This document shows positions 9,528-19,400 of a stretch of 64,000 nt of DNA, piece by piece. The notes below the pieces were generated by a model that was not told where the DNA came from, ran no database searches, and saw only the letters and a program-made list of their open reading frames with translations. Where the stretch lies: positions 1 through 64,000 of the forward strand of contig CAWCKH010000006.1 in the NCBI GenBank assembly GCA_963796055.1, in the 5' to 3' direction. The translations under genes and the position numbers were made by a program. Positions within the stretch are counted from its first letter, which is position 1. Every line of letters begins with the position of its first letter. The stretch comes from an uncultured delta proteobacterium. GTDB taxonomy: Bacteria; Myxococcota; Myxococcia; Myxococcales; Myxococcaceae.

Positions 9528-10616
9528 TCAGCCATTGGCCTTGGCGAACGACTCCATGAACGACACCAGCGTTCGGATGTCGTCCCGGCTCACCGCGTTG
9601 TAGGCGCTCACCCGGATGCCGCCGGCGCTGCGGTGGCCCTTGAGGCCCACCATCCGCTGCTTCTTGGCCTCGGCCACGAAGCGGTCGTCCAGCTCCTCCG
9701 TGGGCAGCCGGAAGACGATGTTCATGGTGCTTCGCGCCGCATTCTCCACCGGCGCCCGGTAGAAGCCGCTCATCCGGTCCAGCGCTCCGTAGAGGATCTC
9801 CGCCTTCTCGGTGTTGCGCCGCTCCATTCCGGTGAGGCCGCCCTGCTCCTCGATCCAGGCCAGCACGTTCCGCACCAGGTAGATGCCGAAGGTGGGCGGC
9901 GTGTTGTAGAGCGAGTTGTTCTCCGCGAAGGTCGAGTACTTGAGGATCTTCGGGATGTCCTTCCGCCCCCGGGCCATGAAGTCCTTCTTGATCACCACCA
10001 CCGTCACCCCGGAGGGCCCCAGGTTCTTCTGCGCCCCGGCGTAGATGAGGCCGAAGCGCGACACGTCGGTCGGCCGCCAGAGGAAGTCGGAGGACATGTC
10101 CGCGACCATCGGGACCTGACCCACCTCGGGCCAGGCGTGCCACTGGGTGCCGAAGATGGTGTTGTTGCTGGTGAGGTGGACGTAGGCCGCCTTCGGGTCG
10201 AGCTGCAGCTCCGCCTGCCTGGGGAGCCCGGTGTAGCGCTTGTCCGGGCCGATGGAGGTCGCCGCCACCCGCGGGGTGCCGAGCACCTTGGCCTCGTCGA
10301 GCGCCTTCTCGCTCCAAGTGCCGGTCAGGACGTAGTCCGCCGAGCCGTCCCTCGGCAGGAAGTTCATCGGCACCATCGCGAACTGGAGCGAGGCGCCGCC
10401 CTGCAGGAACAGGACTTGATGGCTGTCGGGGATGCCGAGCAGCCGGGTCAGCAGCGCGATGGCCTCGTCGTGGACGGCCTCGTACTCCTTGCCGCGGTGG
10501 CTGTGCTCGAGGATGGACATCCCCGTGCCCTTGAAGTCGACGAACTCGTCCCGGGCCCGCTCCAGGGCCGGGAGGGGGAGCCCGGCCGGACCCGCGTTGA
10601 AGTTGATGGCTCGCAT
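9528..10616 (-). CDS. serC: Phosphoserine aminotransferase
   Basis: [44 protein letters not shown]. Confidence 0.97.
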   Translation of the reverse strand: MRAINFNAGPAGLPLPALERARDEFVDFKGTGMSILEHSHRGKEYEAVHDEAIALLTRLLGIPDSHQVLFLQGGASLQFAMVPMNFLPRDGSADYVLTGTWSEKALDEAKVLGTPRVAATSIGPDKRYTGLPRQAELQLDPKAAYVHLTSNNTIFGTQWHAWPEVGQVPMVADMSSDFLWRPTDVSRFGLIYAGAQKNLGPSGVTVVVIKKDFMARGRKDIPKILKYSTFAENNSLYNTPPTFGIYLVRNVLAWIEEQGGLTGMERRNTEKAEILYGALDRMSGFYRAPVENAARSTMNIVFRLPTEELDDRFVAEAKKQRMVGLKGHRSAGGIRVSAYNAVSRDDIRTLVSFMESFAKANG

Positions 10617-10664
10617 GCCGCGACTTCTACACCTGCCTCAGGAGGCGTAGAAGCACAGTCCGGC

Positions 10665-11189
10665 ATGGATCGTCCTCGGGTCTCGGCATTCCTCGGCGCG
10701 AGCCTGGACGGCTTCATCGCCGAGGCGGACGGAGGGCTGGGGTTCCTGAAGCCCTTCGAGCAGGAGGAGCATGGGTACGCGGCGTTCTACGCCTCGGTCG
10801 ACACGCTGCTCATGGGCCGGAAGACGTACGAGACAGTGCTCGGCTTCGAGGCCTGGCCGTTCGCCGACAAGCGCGTCGCAGTGCTGAGCCGGAGCCCGCG
10901 GACGCCCCGGTTCGGCGAGCGCTTCCTCGCCGGCGAGCCCGACGATGTGCTCGCCGCGCTCGCTGCCTCGGGGGCTCGCCACGTCTACGCGGACGGAGGC
11001 GAGGTGGTCACCCAGCTCCTCGCCGCGGGGTGCCTGGACAGCCTGGTGGTGTCGGTCGTTCCGATCATCCTGGGGACCGGCATCCGACTGTTCGCCAGCA
11101 GTCCCGGCCGGCACGCCCTGAGACTCGAGACGGTGCGGACCCTCGAGTCGGGACTGGTCCAGCTCCGCTACCGCGTCGGCGACCGCTAG
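10665..11189 (+). CDS. Dihydrofolate reductase/RibD C-terminal family protein
   Basis: ASLDGFIA, LMGRKTYE, DGG, PIILGTGIRLF, GLVQLRY. Confidence 0.88.
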   Translation: MDRPRVSAFLGASLDGFIAEADGGLGFLKPFEQEEHGYAAFYASVDTLLMGRKTYETVLGFEAWPFADKRVAVLSRSPRTPRFGERFLAGEPDDVLAALAASGARHVYADGGEVVTQLLAAGCLDSLVVSVVPIILGTGIRLFASSPGRHALRLETVRTLESGLVQLRYRVGDR

Positions 11190-12406
11190 AAGGGGTGCAC
11201 GAACAGGCCCGACCGGAGCTTGGGCTCGAACCAGGTCGACTTGGGCGGCATGATCTGCCCCGCGTCGCTGATCTCCAGAAGCTCGCGCATCGAGGTGGGC
11301 CAGAGGGCGAACGCCGCACGCGCCTCGGCCCGGTTCACCCGCGCCTGCAGCTCGGCCGTGCCCCGGATGCCCCCCACGAACTCAATCCGTGGGTCGCGCC
11401 GTGGATCGTGGATGCCGAGCAGCGGCCCCAGGACCGCCTCCTGGAGGATCGACACGTCGAGCGCACCGTGCGCATCGGCGGGGATCGACCCGGGCCGGGC
11501 CACCAGCGCCCACCAGCGGCCGTCGAGGTAGAGCCCGAACCGGTGAGGGCCCTCCGGCTCGGGCGTGGCCGCGGGGGTGACCTCGAACCGCGCCTGAAGC
11601 CCCTCGAGCAGCGCGGCGCTCCCCCCGGGCCCGAGATCCTTGACCAGCCGGTTGTAGGGGAGGATCTGCAGCGCCTCGTGCGAGAACACGACCGCCAGGA
11701 ACCAGTCCCACTCTCCCTGCCCCTGGCCTCGCGACCGGCGCAGCGCCTGGACCCGCGCCGCCGCGGCGCTCCGGTGATGCCCGTCGGCGATGTACAGGGT
11801 GTCCAGGTCCGACAGCACCGCCTCGATGGCCGCGTTCTCCGAAGGGGGGAGCACCCATACCGTGTGCTCCACCCCGTCGTCGCTGGTGAAGCTCAGGTCG
11901 GGCGGGCGCTCCGCACCGCGCTGGAGGACCGAGTCCAACGAGGGGCGGGCCCGGTAGGCGAGGAACACCGGCTCGTCGTTCGCCTCGAGCGCGTCGATGT
12001 GCCGCGTCCGGTCGTCCTCCTTGTCGGGCCGGGTCAGCTCGTGCCGCTTGATGTCTCCGCGTCCGTAGCCGTCCACGCTCGCACCGGCCACCAGCCCGGT
12101 CTGCACGTGGGTTCCCATCCGCTGCCGGTAGAGCGAGAAGCGCGGCGCGTCGTCGAGCTTCAGCCAGCCATTCCTCCGGAACTCGTCCAGCGCGCGGCGG
12201 CCGCGGGCGTGCACCGGATCCGAGTGCTCGTCGATCTCCGGGGGAAGGTCCACCTCGGGGCGGCTGATGCGGAAGAAGCTCTTCGGGTTTCCCGCGGCGA
12301 GCGCGCGCGCCTCGGACGAGCTGACCACGTCGTACGGCGGGGTGGCGACGACGGGCGCCAGCTCCGGCGGGGGGCGCAGCGCTCGGACGGGGGCGAGGAG
12401 TGGCAT
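11186..12406 (-). CDS. DUF1015 family protein
   Basis: PPYDV, IKRHELT, IADGHHR, MPPKSTWFEPKLRSGL. Confidence 0.93.
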   Translation of the reverse strand: MPLLAPVRALRPPPELAPVVATPPYDVVSSSEARALAAGNPKSFFRISRPEVDLPPEIDEHSDPVHARGRRALDEFRRNGWLKLDDAPRFSLYRQRMGTHVQTGLVAGASVDGYGRGDIKRHELTRPDKEDDRTRHIDALEANDEPVFLAYRARPSLDSVLQRGAERPPDLSFTSDDGVEHTVWVLPPSENAAIEAVLSDLDTLYIADGHHRSAAAARVQALRRSRGQGQGEWDWFLAVVFSHEALQILPYNRLVKDLGPGGSAALLEGLQARFEVTPAATPEPEGPHRFGLYLDGRWWALVARPGSIPADAHGALDVSILQEAVLGPLLGIHDPRRDPRIEFVGGIRGTAELQARVNRAEARAAFALWPTSMRELLEISDAGQIMPPKSTWFEPKLRSGLFVHPF

Positions 12407-12425
12407 CGGCGGTCCCTGGGCGCTT

Positions 12426-13889
12426 CTACCACCGGTAGAGCGACAGCCGTTCGCCGGTCGACTCCCCCGGAAAAGGCGGGATGGTGAGCACCTCCGGCTG
12501 CACCAGCGTCAGAGGAGCGCCTCGCTCCACCCGCCGCGCCGGTGGCACCTGGCCGGCGGCGTCCGGCGAGCCCACCAGCACCGGCCGCCCGCTCCGGAGT
12601 GCCGTGGCCCAGTCCGGGCGACGGTTCCATTCTCCCTCGCGCGGGACGGGCACCACCGCCCGGGGCGGGAGCAGACCGGCGAGGGCATAGGTGCGCCAGT
12701 AGCTCAAGACCAGCACCGCGCCGGGGTACCGCGCGGCGATCTCGGCGGCGGCGGGCAGGAGCACCTCCTCGCGCGGGTCGGGTCGGGCGACGGGTGCGAG
12801 GAGCAGCACGGCCAGCAGGCCCACCACTCCGACCGCGGCAGGGGCAGCCGCCGGGGCGAGCCTCGAGACCAGCGCATGCACCGCGAGACCGAGCGCCACC
12901 GACGTCCCGAGCGCGGCGAGGGACAGGCCCAGACAGAGGTAGCGGGGGTTGTAGTCGTTGTCCCGCACGTGCCGGACTGCGACCACCACCAGCAGCGCGG
13001 TGAGGGCCGCCATGCCCGCGCCGAGAACGGTCCGCGCCTCGAGCGCTGCGCGCCACCTTCCGGCCGCCAGCGCACCCGCCACCGCGACGAGCGCCACCAG
13101 CGCCCAGGGCACCGCTCCCACGCGCCACGCCGTCCAGGCCACCGCGCCTGCGTTCTCCAGGAGGTGCCCCACGTCCAGCGCCGCCGGTGTCCGCACGTCG
13201 GGCCAGCCGCGGGCCCTCACCGCGCCGTGCCACGAGGCCCGCACCACCCCCTCCAGCAGCACTCCGGCCAGCGCCGGGAGGAAGAGCGCCGCGCGCCGGC
13301 CGAGGCCGAGCCCCCGCCCCCCTCCCTCGACCAGCGCGAACACGACCAGCAGCGGCGCGCTCACCAGCGACGTCCAGGTGGCCAGCGCCCCCGCCACGCC
13401 GGCGAGCCCCAGCCAGCCGCCAGGGCGCGACGTCCCGGCGGCCCGCCGCAGCCCCCACCAGGCCCAGAGCAGCGCCGGCAGCTGCCAGCCGTCCACCGTG
13501 CCCAGGTCCACCAGCACCCGCCCGAGGAGCGGGTTCAGCCCCGGCAGCAGAAGCAATGCCGCCGCGGCCAGCGGCCCGGCACGGCCGGTGAGCACCAGCC
13601 AGGGCACGACGGCGGCGACCATCCAGAGCGTCCGGAGCACGTGCATCCCGTGCGGGGTCCACGCGCGGTGCGTGAGCGCTCCTACCAGCCGGGCTGCCAG
13701 GAAAGGCCAGCTGCCGAACCGGTCCTGCCCCCAGAAGAGCCAGTCCACCGGGGCGCCGGTGGCCAGGTTGGACATGAGCACCGGAACGGCGCTGTCGGAG
13801 TTGTACAGCCCACCCGGCGGAACCGGGCCGAGGAAGGGCAGCGTGCGCCACAGCACGAGGCCCACCATCGCCCCGAGCAGAACAGCCAT
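12426..13889 (-). CDS. Polytopic membrane protein, possible GT-C-type glycosyltransferase
   Basis: Many hydrophobic segments; NSD..P.LM and FWGQDRFG after the first TM; start uncertain. Confidence 0.55.
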   Translation of the reverse strand: MAVLLGAMVGLVLWRTLPFLGPVPPGGLYNSDSAVPVLMSNLATGAPVDWLFWGQDRFGSWPFLAARLVGALTHRAWTPHGMHVLRTLWMVAAVVPWLVLTGRAGPLAAAALLLLPGLNPLLGRVLVDLGTVDGWQLPALLWAWWGLRRAAGTSRPGGWLGLAGVAGALATWTSLVSAPLLVVFALVEGGGRGLGLGRRAALFLPALAGVLLEGVVRASWHGAVRARGWPDVRTPAALDVGHLLENAGAVAWTAWRVGAVPWALVALVAVAGALAAGRWRAALEARTVLGAGMAALTALLVVVAVRHVRDNDYNPRYLCLGLSLAALGTSVALGLAVHALVSRLAPAAAPAAVGVVGLLAVLLLAPVARPDPREEVLLPAAAEIAARYPGAVLVLSYWRTYALAGLLPPRAVVPVPREGEWNRRPDWATALRSGRPVLVGSPDAAGQVPPARRVERGAPLTLVQPEVLTIPPFPGESTGERLSLYRW

Positions 13890-13928
13890 TGTCGTCCGCT
13901 CCGAAGTCAGCGAAAAGCGCGCGCGCAC

Positions 13929-15539
13929 GTGGATCCGGCTCCGCTTCTACACCGGCCGCCGGCGCGGAACGTCGGCCCGGCCCTCGCCGCACCGGTGCTG
14001 GCTGCCGCACTGTCGCTGCTCCTCGCGCACCACACGGTGCTCGCCAGCGGCCTCAGCCGTGTGCCGGGAGACCCCGGCGACGTGCGCTTCGTGCACTACT
14101 GCATCGAGCACACCTGGGCGTGGCTGACCGGCCACCCGCTCCACCGCCGCTTCTGGGACCTGCCCTTCTTCTTCCCCGCGCCCAACGTGGGGGCCTACAG
14201 CGACGTGCTGGTCGGCGTCGCGCCGCCCTACTGGCTCTCCCGCGCGCTCGGCGCCGGGCCGGACCGGGCCTACGTGCTCTGGCTCCTCGGCACCACCGCG
14301 CTGAACGCAGGCCTGGGCTGCTGGTTCCTCCGCAGCGTGCTCGGGGTGGGGCCGCTCGCCGCGGCGTCCGGAGCGGTGCTGCTCGCCGCGGGCGCTCCGC
14401 GGGTCCACGTGCTGAACCACCCACAGCTCGTCGGCACATACTGGGTGCTGGTGGTGCTCGGGCTGGGGGTGCTGGCGCTCCGGAGCCCCGGGACGCGCCG
14501 GGGACGGGCCGCGTGGCTGGGCGCGGGGCTCGCCTTCGCGGCGGAGGGATGGTCGAGCTACTATCTCTGGTGGTTTCTCGCCCTCGCTCTCGCGGTGGCC
14601 GCGGTGGCCGCGCTCGGAGAGCCACGCACCCGGGCCATGCTGCTCGAGGCGCTGCGCCAGGATGCCCCTGCCATCGCCGGGGCGGCGCTGCTCTCGGTCC
14701 TGCTCCTGGCCCCGTTGCTCCACGCCTGGTGGAGCGCGGCCCAGGCAGTGGGGCTGCGGCACGTGGAGCAGGTGTTCCTCGCCCGCGGGCAGTCGTGGCT
14801 CAACCCGGGGCCGGACAGCTGGTGGTATGGCGGCCTGGTCCGGCGCGTCGGCGGAATGCGCAGCCAGAACGGCGAGCAGCACATCGGCGTCGGGCTCCTC
14901 ACGTCCGTGGTTGCGCTGCTCGGGCTCTGGCGGGCCCGCCACCGGGGCGGGGTGGTGGTGCTGGCGGCGACGGCGCTGGTGCTGGTGGTGCTCGCGACGC
15001 AGCTCGGGCCCTGGCGCACCACCTCGCCCTGGAACGCGGTCTCGGCCCTCGTCCCCGGCGCGGCAGCCATCCGGGCGGTGCCGCGCGTCGCCCTGCTGGT
15101 GCTGGTGGCGTGGGCCGTGGGGCTTGCCCTGACCATCGAGGCCGCGGGGCGACGAGGCCCCCTTCTCGCCGCGGCGCTGGCCACCGTGTGCCTTCTGGAG
15201 CAAGGCGTCTCCTTCGCCCACTTCAGGCCGGCCGAGGAGCGGGCGCGGGTCGAGCAGCTGGCGAAGACGGTGCCGCGGTCCTGCGAGGCCTTCGTCTTCA
15301 CGCCTCCGCCGGACGGCTGGCCAGCCTGGCGGAGCCAGCTCGATGCGGTGTGGGCCACCGATCTGGCGGGCGTTCCGACCCTGAACGGCTACTCGGGGAA
15401 CGCTCCGCCGGGGTGGGGCCTCGAGGACTGTCTGGTGCGCGGGCCCCAGGACCGGGCCCGACTGGAGGCGGCCGTGGCGGAGTGGGTCCGGCGCTGGGGG
15501 CTCCCGGATCGGGTGTGCCGGATTCCGTCCTCCCCGTGA
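13929..15539 (+). CDS. Polytopic membrane protein, YfhO/GT-C-like
   Basis: GDPGD, FFFPAPN..AYSD, IRAVPR, PTLNGYSG; many TM segments; GTG start inferred. Confidence 0.6.
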   Translation: MDPAPLLHRPPARNVGPALAAPVLAAALSLLLAHHTVLASGLSRVPGDPGDVRFVHYCIEHTWAWLTGHPLHRRFWDLPFFFPAPNVGAYSDVLVGVAPPYWLSRALGAGPDRAYVLWLLGTTALNAGLGCWFLRSVLGVGPLAAASGAVLLAAGAPRVHVLNHPQLVGTYWVLVVLGLGVLALRSPGTRRGRAAWLGAGLAFAAEGWSSYYLWWFLALALAVAAVAALGEPRTRAMLLEALRQDAPAIAGAALLSVLLLAPLLHAWWSAAQAVGLRHVEQVFLARGQSWLNPGPDSWWYGGLVRRVGGMRSQNGEQHIGVGLLTSVVALLGLWRARHRGGVVVLAATALVLVVLATQLGPWRTTSPWNAVSALVPGAAAIRAVPRVALLVLVAWAVGLALTIEAAGRRGPLLAAALATVCLLEQGVSFAHFRPAEERARVEQLAKTVPRSCEAFVFTPPPDGWPAWRSQLDAVWATDLAGVPTLNGYSGNAPPGWGLEDCLVRGPQDRARLEAAVAEWVRRWGLPDRVCRIPSSP

Positions 15540-15567
15540 GGCGCTGAACTCCAGGCATGACGGACCC

Positions 15568-15632
15568 TTGTAAATTCTTCGACTCGACGCGGCGTAACCC
15601 TGCGCCGTCCCTGACCATTCGTTTGTAAATTC
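15568..15632 (+). promoter_or_regulatory. Two direct-repeat TTGTAAATTC boxes, candidate operators of the downstream regulator
   Basis: Identical AT-rich 10-mers at 15568-15577 and 15623-15632, 55 bp apart, in GC-rich DNA. Confidence 0.55.
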
Positions 15633-15690
15633 GGGCCATCGCTGCTACAGGCACCAGGAGCGGTGCCCGGGGGGTTCCCGGCCCCATTCG

Positions 15691-17199
15691 ATGAACGAGA
15701 GCAGCCTCAACGCCAACGTCGGGCTCAAGCTCCGGACGCTCCGGCTCCAGCGACACGTGAAGCAGGCGGACGCCGCGCGCGACCTCGGCGTGTCCCCGGC
15801 GTACCTGAACCTCATCGAGAAGGGGAAGCGGGTGATGCCCTTCCCGCTCCTGTGGAAGGCGCTCCGCTACTTCGACCAGGACCCCGAGCAGTTCATGGGC
15901 TCGCTGGGCTCGGGCCCGGTGGACGAGACGCTGGCCAAGCTCCTCGACGAGCCGCTCCTCAAGTCGCTGGAGATCGACCCCGAAGACCTCCAGCACCTGT
16001 CGGCCGAGCCGAAGCTGGCGGGCACCGTCGCCGCGCTGTTCAACCTCTACAAGAACACCCGGACCCAGCTGGAGAAGCTCGCCGGCCAGCAGAGCACTGG
16101 AACCGGCACCGGTGGGGCGATGCACGGGGCCGACGTCCCGCTCGACTACTCGCCCTTCGACGAGGTCTCTGACTTTCTCCAGGCCAAGCGGAACTGGTTC
16201 CCGGAGCTGGAGGAGCAGGCGGAGCGGCTCCGCCGCGACTTCGCGCTCGACCGGCAGGTGACGTCGCACCAGCTGGTGAAGCTCCTGGGCGACCTCTTCG
16301 GTTACCGGGTGGAGTTCGGCAGCGGCCCGTCGGGAAGCTCGGTGGTGCGCCGGCTCGACCCGGAGAAGCAGACCCTCACCCTCTCGCCCACGCTCACCGA
16401 GCAGCCGTTGAAGTTCCAGCTGGCCACCTCCATCGGCCTGCTGGTGATGGACCGGGACCACCTGATGGAGTCCATCCTCGGCGGCGCCCGCACCCGCCAC
16501 GCCGAGACGCCCAGGCTGATCAAGGTCAACCTGGCCAACTACTTCGCCGGCGCCCTGGTGCTCAGCTACGGCGACTTCTTCCGCGAGGTGCAGCGGACCC
16601 GGTACGACGTGGAGCTGCTGAGCCAGGTGTTCGGCACCACCTACGAGACGGTGGCCCACCGGCTCTGCAACCTGAGCAACCCCAAGCAGCTCGGCGTGCC
16701 CTTCCACTTCCTCCGTGCCGACCTCGCGGGGAACATCAGCAAGCGCTACAGCGGCGACGGGCTCAAGTTCGCCTCCGGCGGCTCCTGCGGGAAGTGGGCG
16801 GTGCACCTGGCCTTCCTCAACCCCTCGCAGCTCACCCGGCAGTACTCGATGATGCCGGACGGCAGCACGTACTTCTGCTTCGCCAAGGTGCAGCTGCAAC
16901 CCATCGGCGGCTCCATCGTGCACGGGACTGCGTACAGCATCGGGCTGGGGACCAACGCCGAGAACGCGCAGTTCCTCGCCTACGGCCTGCCCACCACCGA
17001 TCTCCGGCGAGACGCGGTGCCCACGGGCATCGGCTGCCGGTTCTGCGAGCGCACCGACTGCAACCAGCGCGCCGCGGCGAGCTACCGCTTCGCCTTCTCC
17101 TTCGACGAGTACACGAAGAAAGACTGCTTCTTCTCCCCGCTCCTGGTGCACGAGGCCGGCAAGGACGCCGGTTCGCGCCGCCGCCGCGACGGCGACTGA
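15691..17199 (+). CDS. XRE-family short-chain fatty acyl-CoA regulator (ScfR/RamB/PrpR type)
   Basis: N-terminal HTH (LGVSPAYLNLIE), ANYFAGAL, D.AGNISKR, C-terminal CRFCERTDCNQRA. Confidence 0.92.
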   Translation: MNESSLNANVGLKLRTLRLQRHVKQADAARDLGVSPAYLNLIEKGKRVMPFPLLWKALRYFDQDPEQFMGSLGSGPVDETLAKLLDEPLLKSLEIDPEDLQHLSAEPKLAGTVAALFNLYKNTRTQLEKLAGQQSTGTGTGGAMHGADVPLDYSPFDEVSDFLQAKRNWFPELEEQAERLRRDFALDRQVTSHQLVKLLGDLFGYRVEFGSGPSGSSVVRRLDPEKQTLTLSPTLTEQPLKFQLATSIGLLVMDRDHLMESILGGARTRHAETPRLIKVNLANYFAGALVLSYGDFFREVQRTRYDVELLSQVFGTTYETVAHRLCNLSNPKQLGVPFHFLRADLAGNISKRYSGDGLKFASGGSCGKWAVHLAFLNPSQLTRQYSMMPDGSTYFCFAKVQLQPIGGSIVHGTAYSIGLGTNAENAQFLAYGLPTTDLRRDAVPTGIGCRFCERTDCNQRAAASYRFAFSFDEYTKKDCFFSPLLVHEAGKDAGSRRRRDGD

Positions 17200-17207
17200 A
17201 ACCATCT

Positions 17208-18728
17208 ATGCCCGAGACCTCCCCTCCGCGATTCGCCCTGGCCTCCGGGGCGCCTGCCGGGACCCGCGCCGACGTGCTGGTCCTCTTCTCCGAGGAGTCG
17301 CCCCGCCCGAACGGCGCGGTCGCCGACGTGAACCAGGCGCTCGCCGGACAGCTGCTCCGCGCCGCGAACGAGGAAGGGTTCCGGGGGAAGGCGGATCAGA
17401 CCTTCGTCCTCCACACCCACGGACGGCTGCCCGCGGCCCGGGTGGTGCTGGTGGGCACCGGTCCGCGCGAGAAGGCGGACGCCGAGGCCCTGCGGCAGGC
17501 CGCAGGCCGTGCGGTGAAGGCCGCGCAGCGGCTCCGGGCGCGCTCGGTGGCAGTGGCCCTTCCCGGCAACCCGACCGAGACCCTCGGACCCGTCGCCGAG
17601 GGCGCGGCCCTGGGCGCCTACCGATTCGACCAGTACCGCACCGAGGATCGGGACGAGCGGGTGGCTCTGGAGGCGGTCCGTCTGGTGCTCCCGGACGGAG
17701 CAGCACGGCCGCGCGAGCTGGGGGACATCCTGAACCGCGTCCTCCAGATTTCGGAGGCGGCGAACTTCGCGCGGACCCTGGTGAACGAGCCCGCGGGACA
17801 CCTCACCCCCGAGGCGCTGGCCGAGGAAGCGTCGCGGGCGGCGAAGGGGCGCGGCCTCGAGGTGCGGGTGAGTGGCCCCCGCGAGCTGAAGAAGCTCCGG
17901 ATGGGGATGTTCTCCGCGGTCGGTCAGGGGAGCCAGAACCCGCCGCGGCTTATCGAGATCGCGTACCGCCCGAAGAAGGGCTCGGCGGCGAAGGCCCGGC
18001 CCGTCTCCCTGGTGGGCAAGGCCATCACCTTCGACTCCGGCGGCCTCTCGCTGAAGTCCGCGGAGAACATGGCGGACATGAAGACCGACATGGCGGGCAG
18101 CGCCGCGGTGCTCGGTGCGCTTCAACTCGCCGCCGATCTCGCGCCGCCCTTCCCCGTACTCGGTTACCTGGGGGCGGCGGAGAACATGCCGAGCGGCGCG
18201 GCGTACCGCCCGGGCGACATCCTGGTCTCGCGGCTGGGGAAGACGGTGGAGGTCACCAACACCGACGCGGAGGGTCGCCTGGTGCTGGGCGACGTGCTGG
18301 CCTACGCGGTGGAGCAGAACCCTGCGGCGCTGATCGACCTCGCGACCCTGACCGGAGCCTGCGTGGTGGCGCTTGGGCAGTGGGTGGGCGGGCTCTTCTC
18401 CAGCAGCGACGCGCTGGCGGACGAGCTGCTCTCGGCGGCGGCGCGCGCCGGCGAATCGTTCTGGCGGCTGCCGCTGGTGGACCTCCAGAAGGAGACGCTC
18501 CGCTCCGACGTCGCGGACATGAAGAACCACGGCGAACGCTGGGGCGGGGCGATCAGCGCGGCCATCTTCCTCCGGGAGTTCGTGGGCAACGCGCCGTGGG
18601 CGCACCTGGACATCGCCGGGCCGGCGCTCGCCCCGCGCGAGCGCGGATATCTGGGCAAGGGAGCGACCGGCATCGGGGTCCGCACCCTGGCGGAGCTCCT
18701 CGCCAAGCGCACCCGCGACGCCCGCTGA
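17208..18728 (+). CDS. pepA: Leucyl aminopeptidase (M17)
   Basis: VGKAITFDSGG.SLK, MKTDMAG, NTDAEGRL, DLATLTGA, WAHLDIAG. Confidence 0.95.
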   Translation: MPETSPPRFALASGAPAGTRADVLVLFSEESPRPNGAVADVNQALAGQLLRAANEEGFRGKADQTFVLHTHGRLPAARVVLVGTGPREKADAEALRQAAGRAVKAAQRLRARSVAVALPGNPTETLGPVAEGAALGAYRFDQYRTEDRDERVALEAVRLVLPDGAARPRELGDILNRVLQISEAANFARTLVNEPAGHLTPEALAEEASRAAKGRGLEVRVSGPRELKKLRMGMFSAVGQGSQNPPRLIEIAYRPKKGSAAKARPVSLVGKAITFDSGGLSLKSAENMADMKTDMAGSAAVLGALQLAADLAPPFPVLGYLGAAENMPSGAAYRPGDILVSRLGKTVEVTNTDAEGRLVLGDVLAYAVEQNPAALIDLATLTGACVVALGQWVGGLFSSSDALADELLSAAARAGESFWRLPLVDLQKETLRSDVADMKNHGERWGGAISAAIFLREFVGNAPWAHLDIAGPALAPRERGYLGKGATGIGVRTLAELLAKRTRDAR

Positions 18729-18757
18729 GCGGAGGCGGTCGGTCGGGGCGCCGAGCT

Positions 18758-19004
18758 TCAGTGCGAGCCGCACGCTGGCTGACCCGTTGCCGGGAGCCAC
18801 GGCCACCGCCGCCTGGGGCCATCGACCAGCCGCTCTCGTGAGGTGGGCCGCCCGAAGCGCACCTGGTCCGCGCGGGTGAACGGTCGCAGGAGAGCGTCGA
18901 GCCCGCAGCGCGAGCTCCTCGAGCGGAAGATAGCTCTGGCGGACGTAGCGGAGGTCCGGCCCCTCGAGGGCCGGGTGGGGCCGGTGCGGAACGAGTCGAG
19001 ACAT
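18758..19004 (-). pseudogene. Internally deleted, frameshifted remnant, DUF6058-like
   Basis: One frame gives MSRL...DLRYVRQSYLPLEEL; a second frame continues LDALLRPFTRADQVRFGRPTSRERLVDGPRRRWP*. These resemble the two ends of DUF6058 proteins as I recall them (not searched). Confidence 0.4.
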
Positions 19005-19085
19005 GCGCGGAGCCTGGGCCCGCCGGCGCCCCGATGCTTCGGAGGTGGCCGAAGCGCGCACAAAGGGACGATTTGCGTCCGCGCG

Positions 19086-19400
19086 GGTTCCCAGGTTGCA
19101 CTCGCGAACCGAACCGGACGGTCGCCAGAGGAGGGGGGGGCCAGGCACCCGCCGAGGCGTCCGAATTTGGTTCGCAGCTTCAACGTGGGAACCAGCGCGC
19201 GCAACCGCGTTCCGAGCCCTCGAGGCCGGTGGGCGAGCGGCTGGGAGGCTGGACACCGGTTTCGCAACGCGGACGGCTCAGGCGCTGGTTCCCAGGTTGA
19301 ACGAGGGAACCCGAACCGGACGCCCTGCCAACCCTCGACCCCCCCACCCCCCCGAGCGTCCGGAAATGTTTCGCAAGTTCGACGAGGGAACCCAAACCGG
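19086..19400. repeat. Four ~36-bp related units in alternating orientation (REP/BIME-like or structured RNA)
   Basis: GGTTCCC...CGGACG units at 19086-19120 (+), 19158-19193 (-), 19287-19322 (+) and 19357-19392 (-). Confidence 0.75.

Noticed and set aside
6804..10664. N-terminal part of the 1461-aa plus-strand ORF
   Set aside because: Antisense shadow of the M13 peptidase, chalcone-isomerase-like gene and serC; only the last 174 aa (from 10665) look real
19086..19400. CRISPR array or known housekeeping RNA (RNase P, tmRNA, SRP)
   Set aside because: Units alternate in orientation and are diverged, no cas genes are present, and I found no diagnostic motifs of those RNAs
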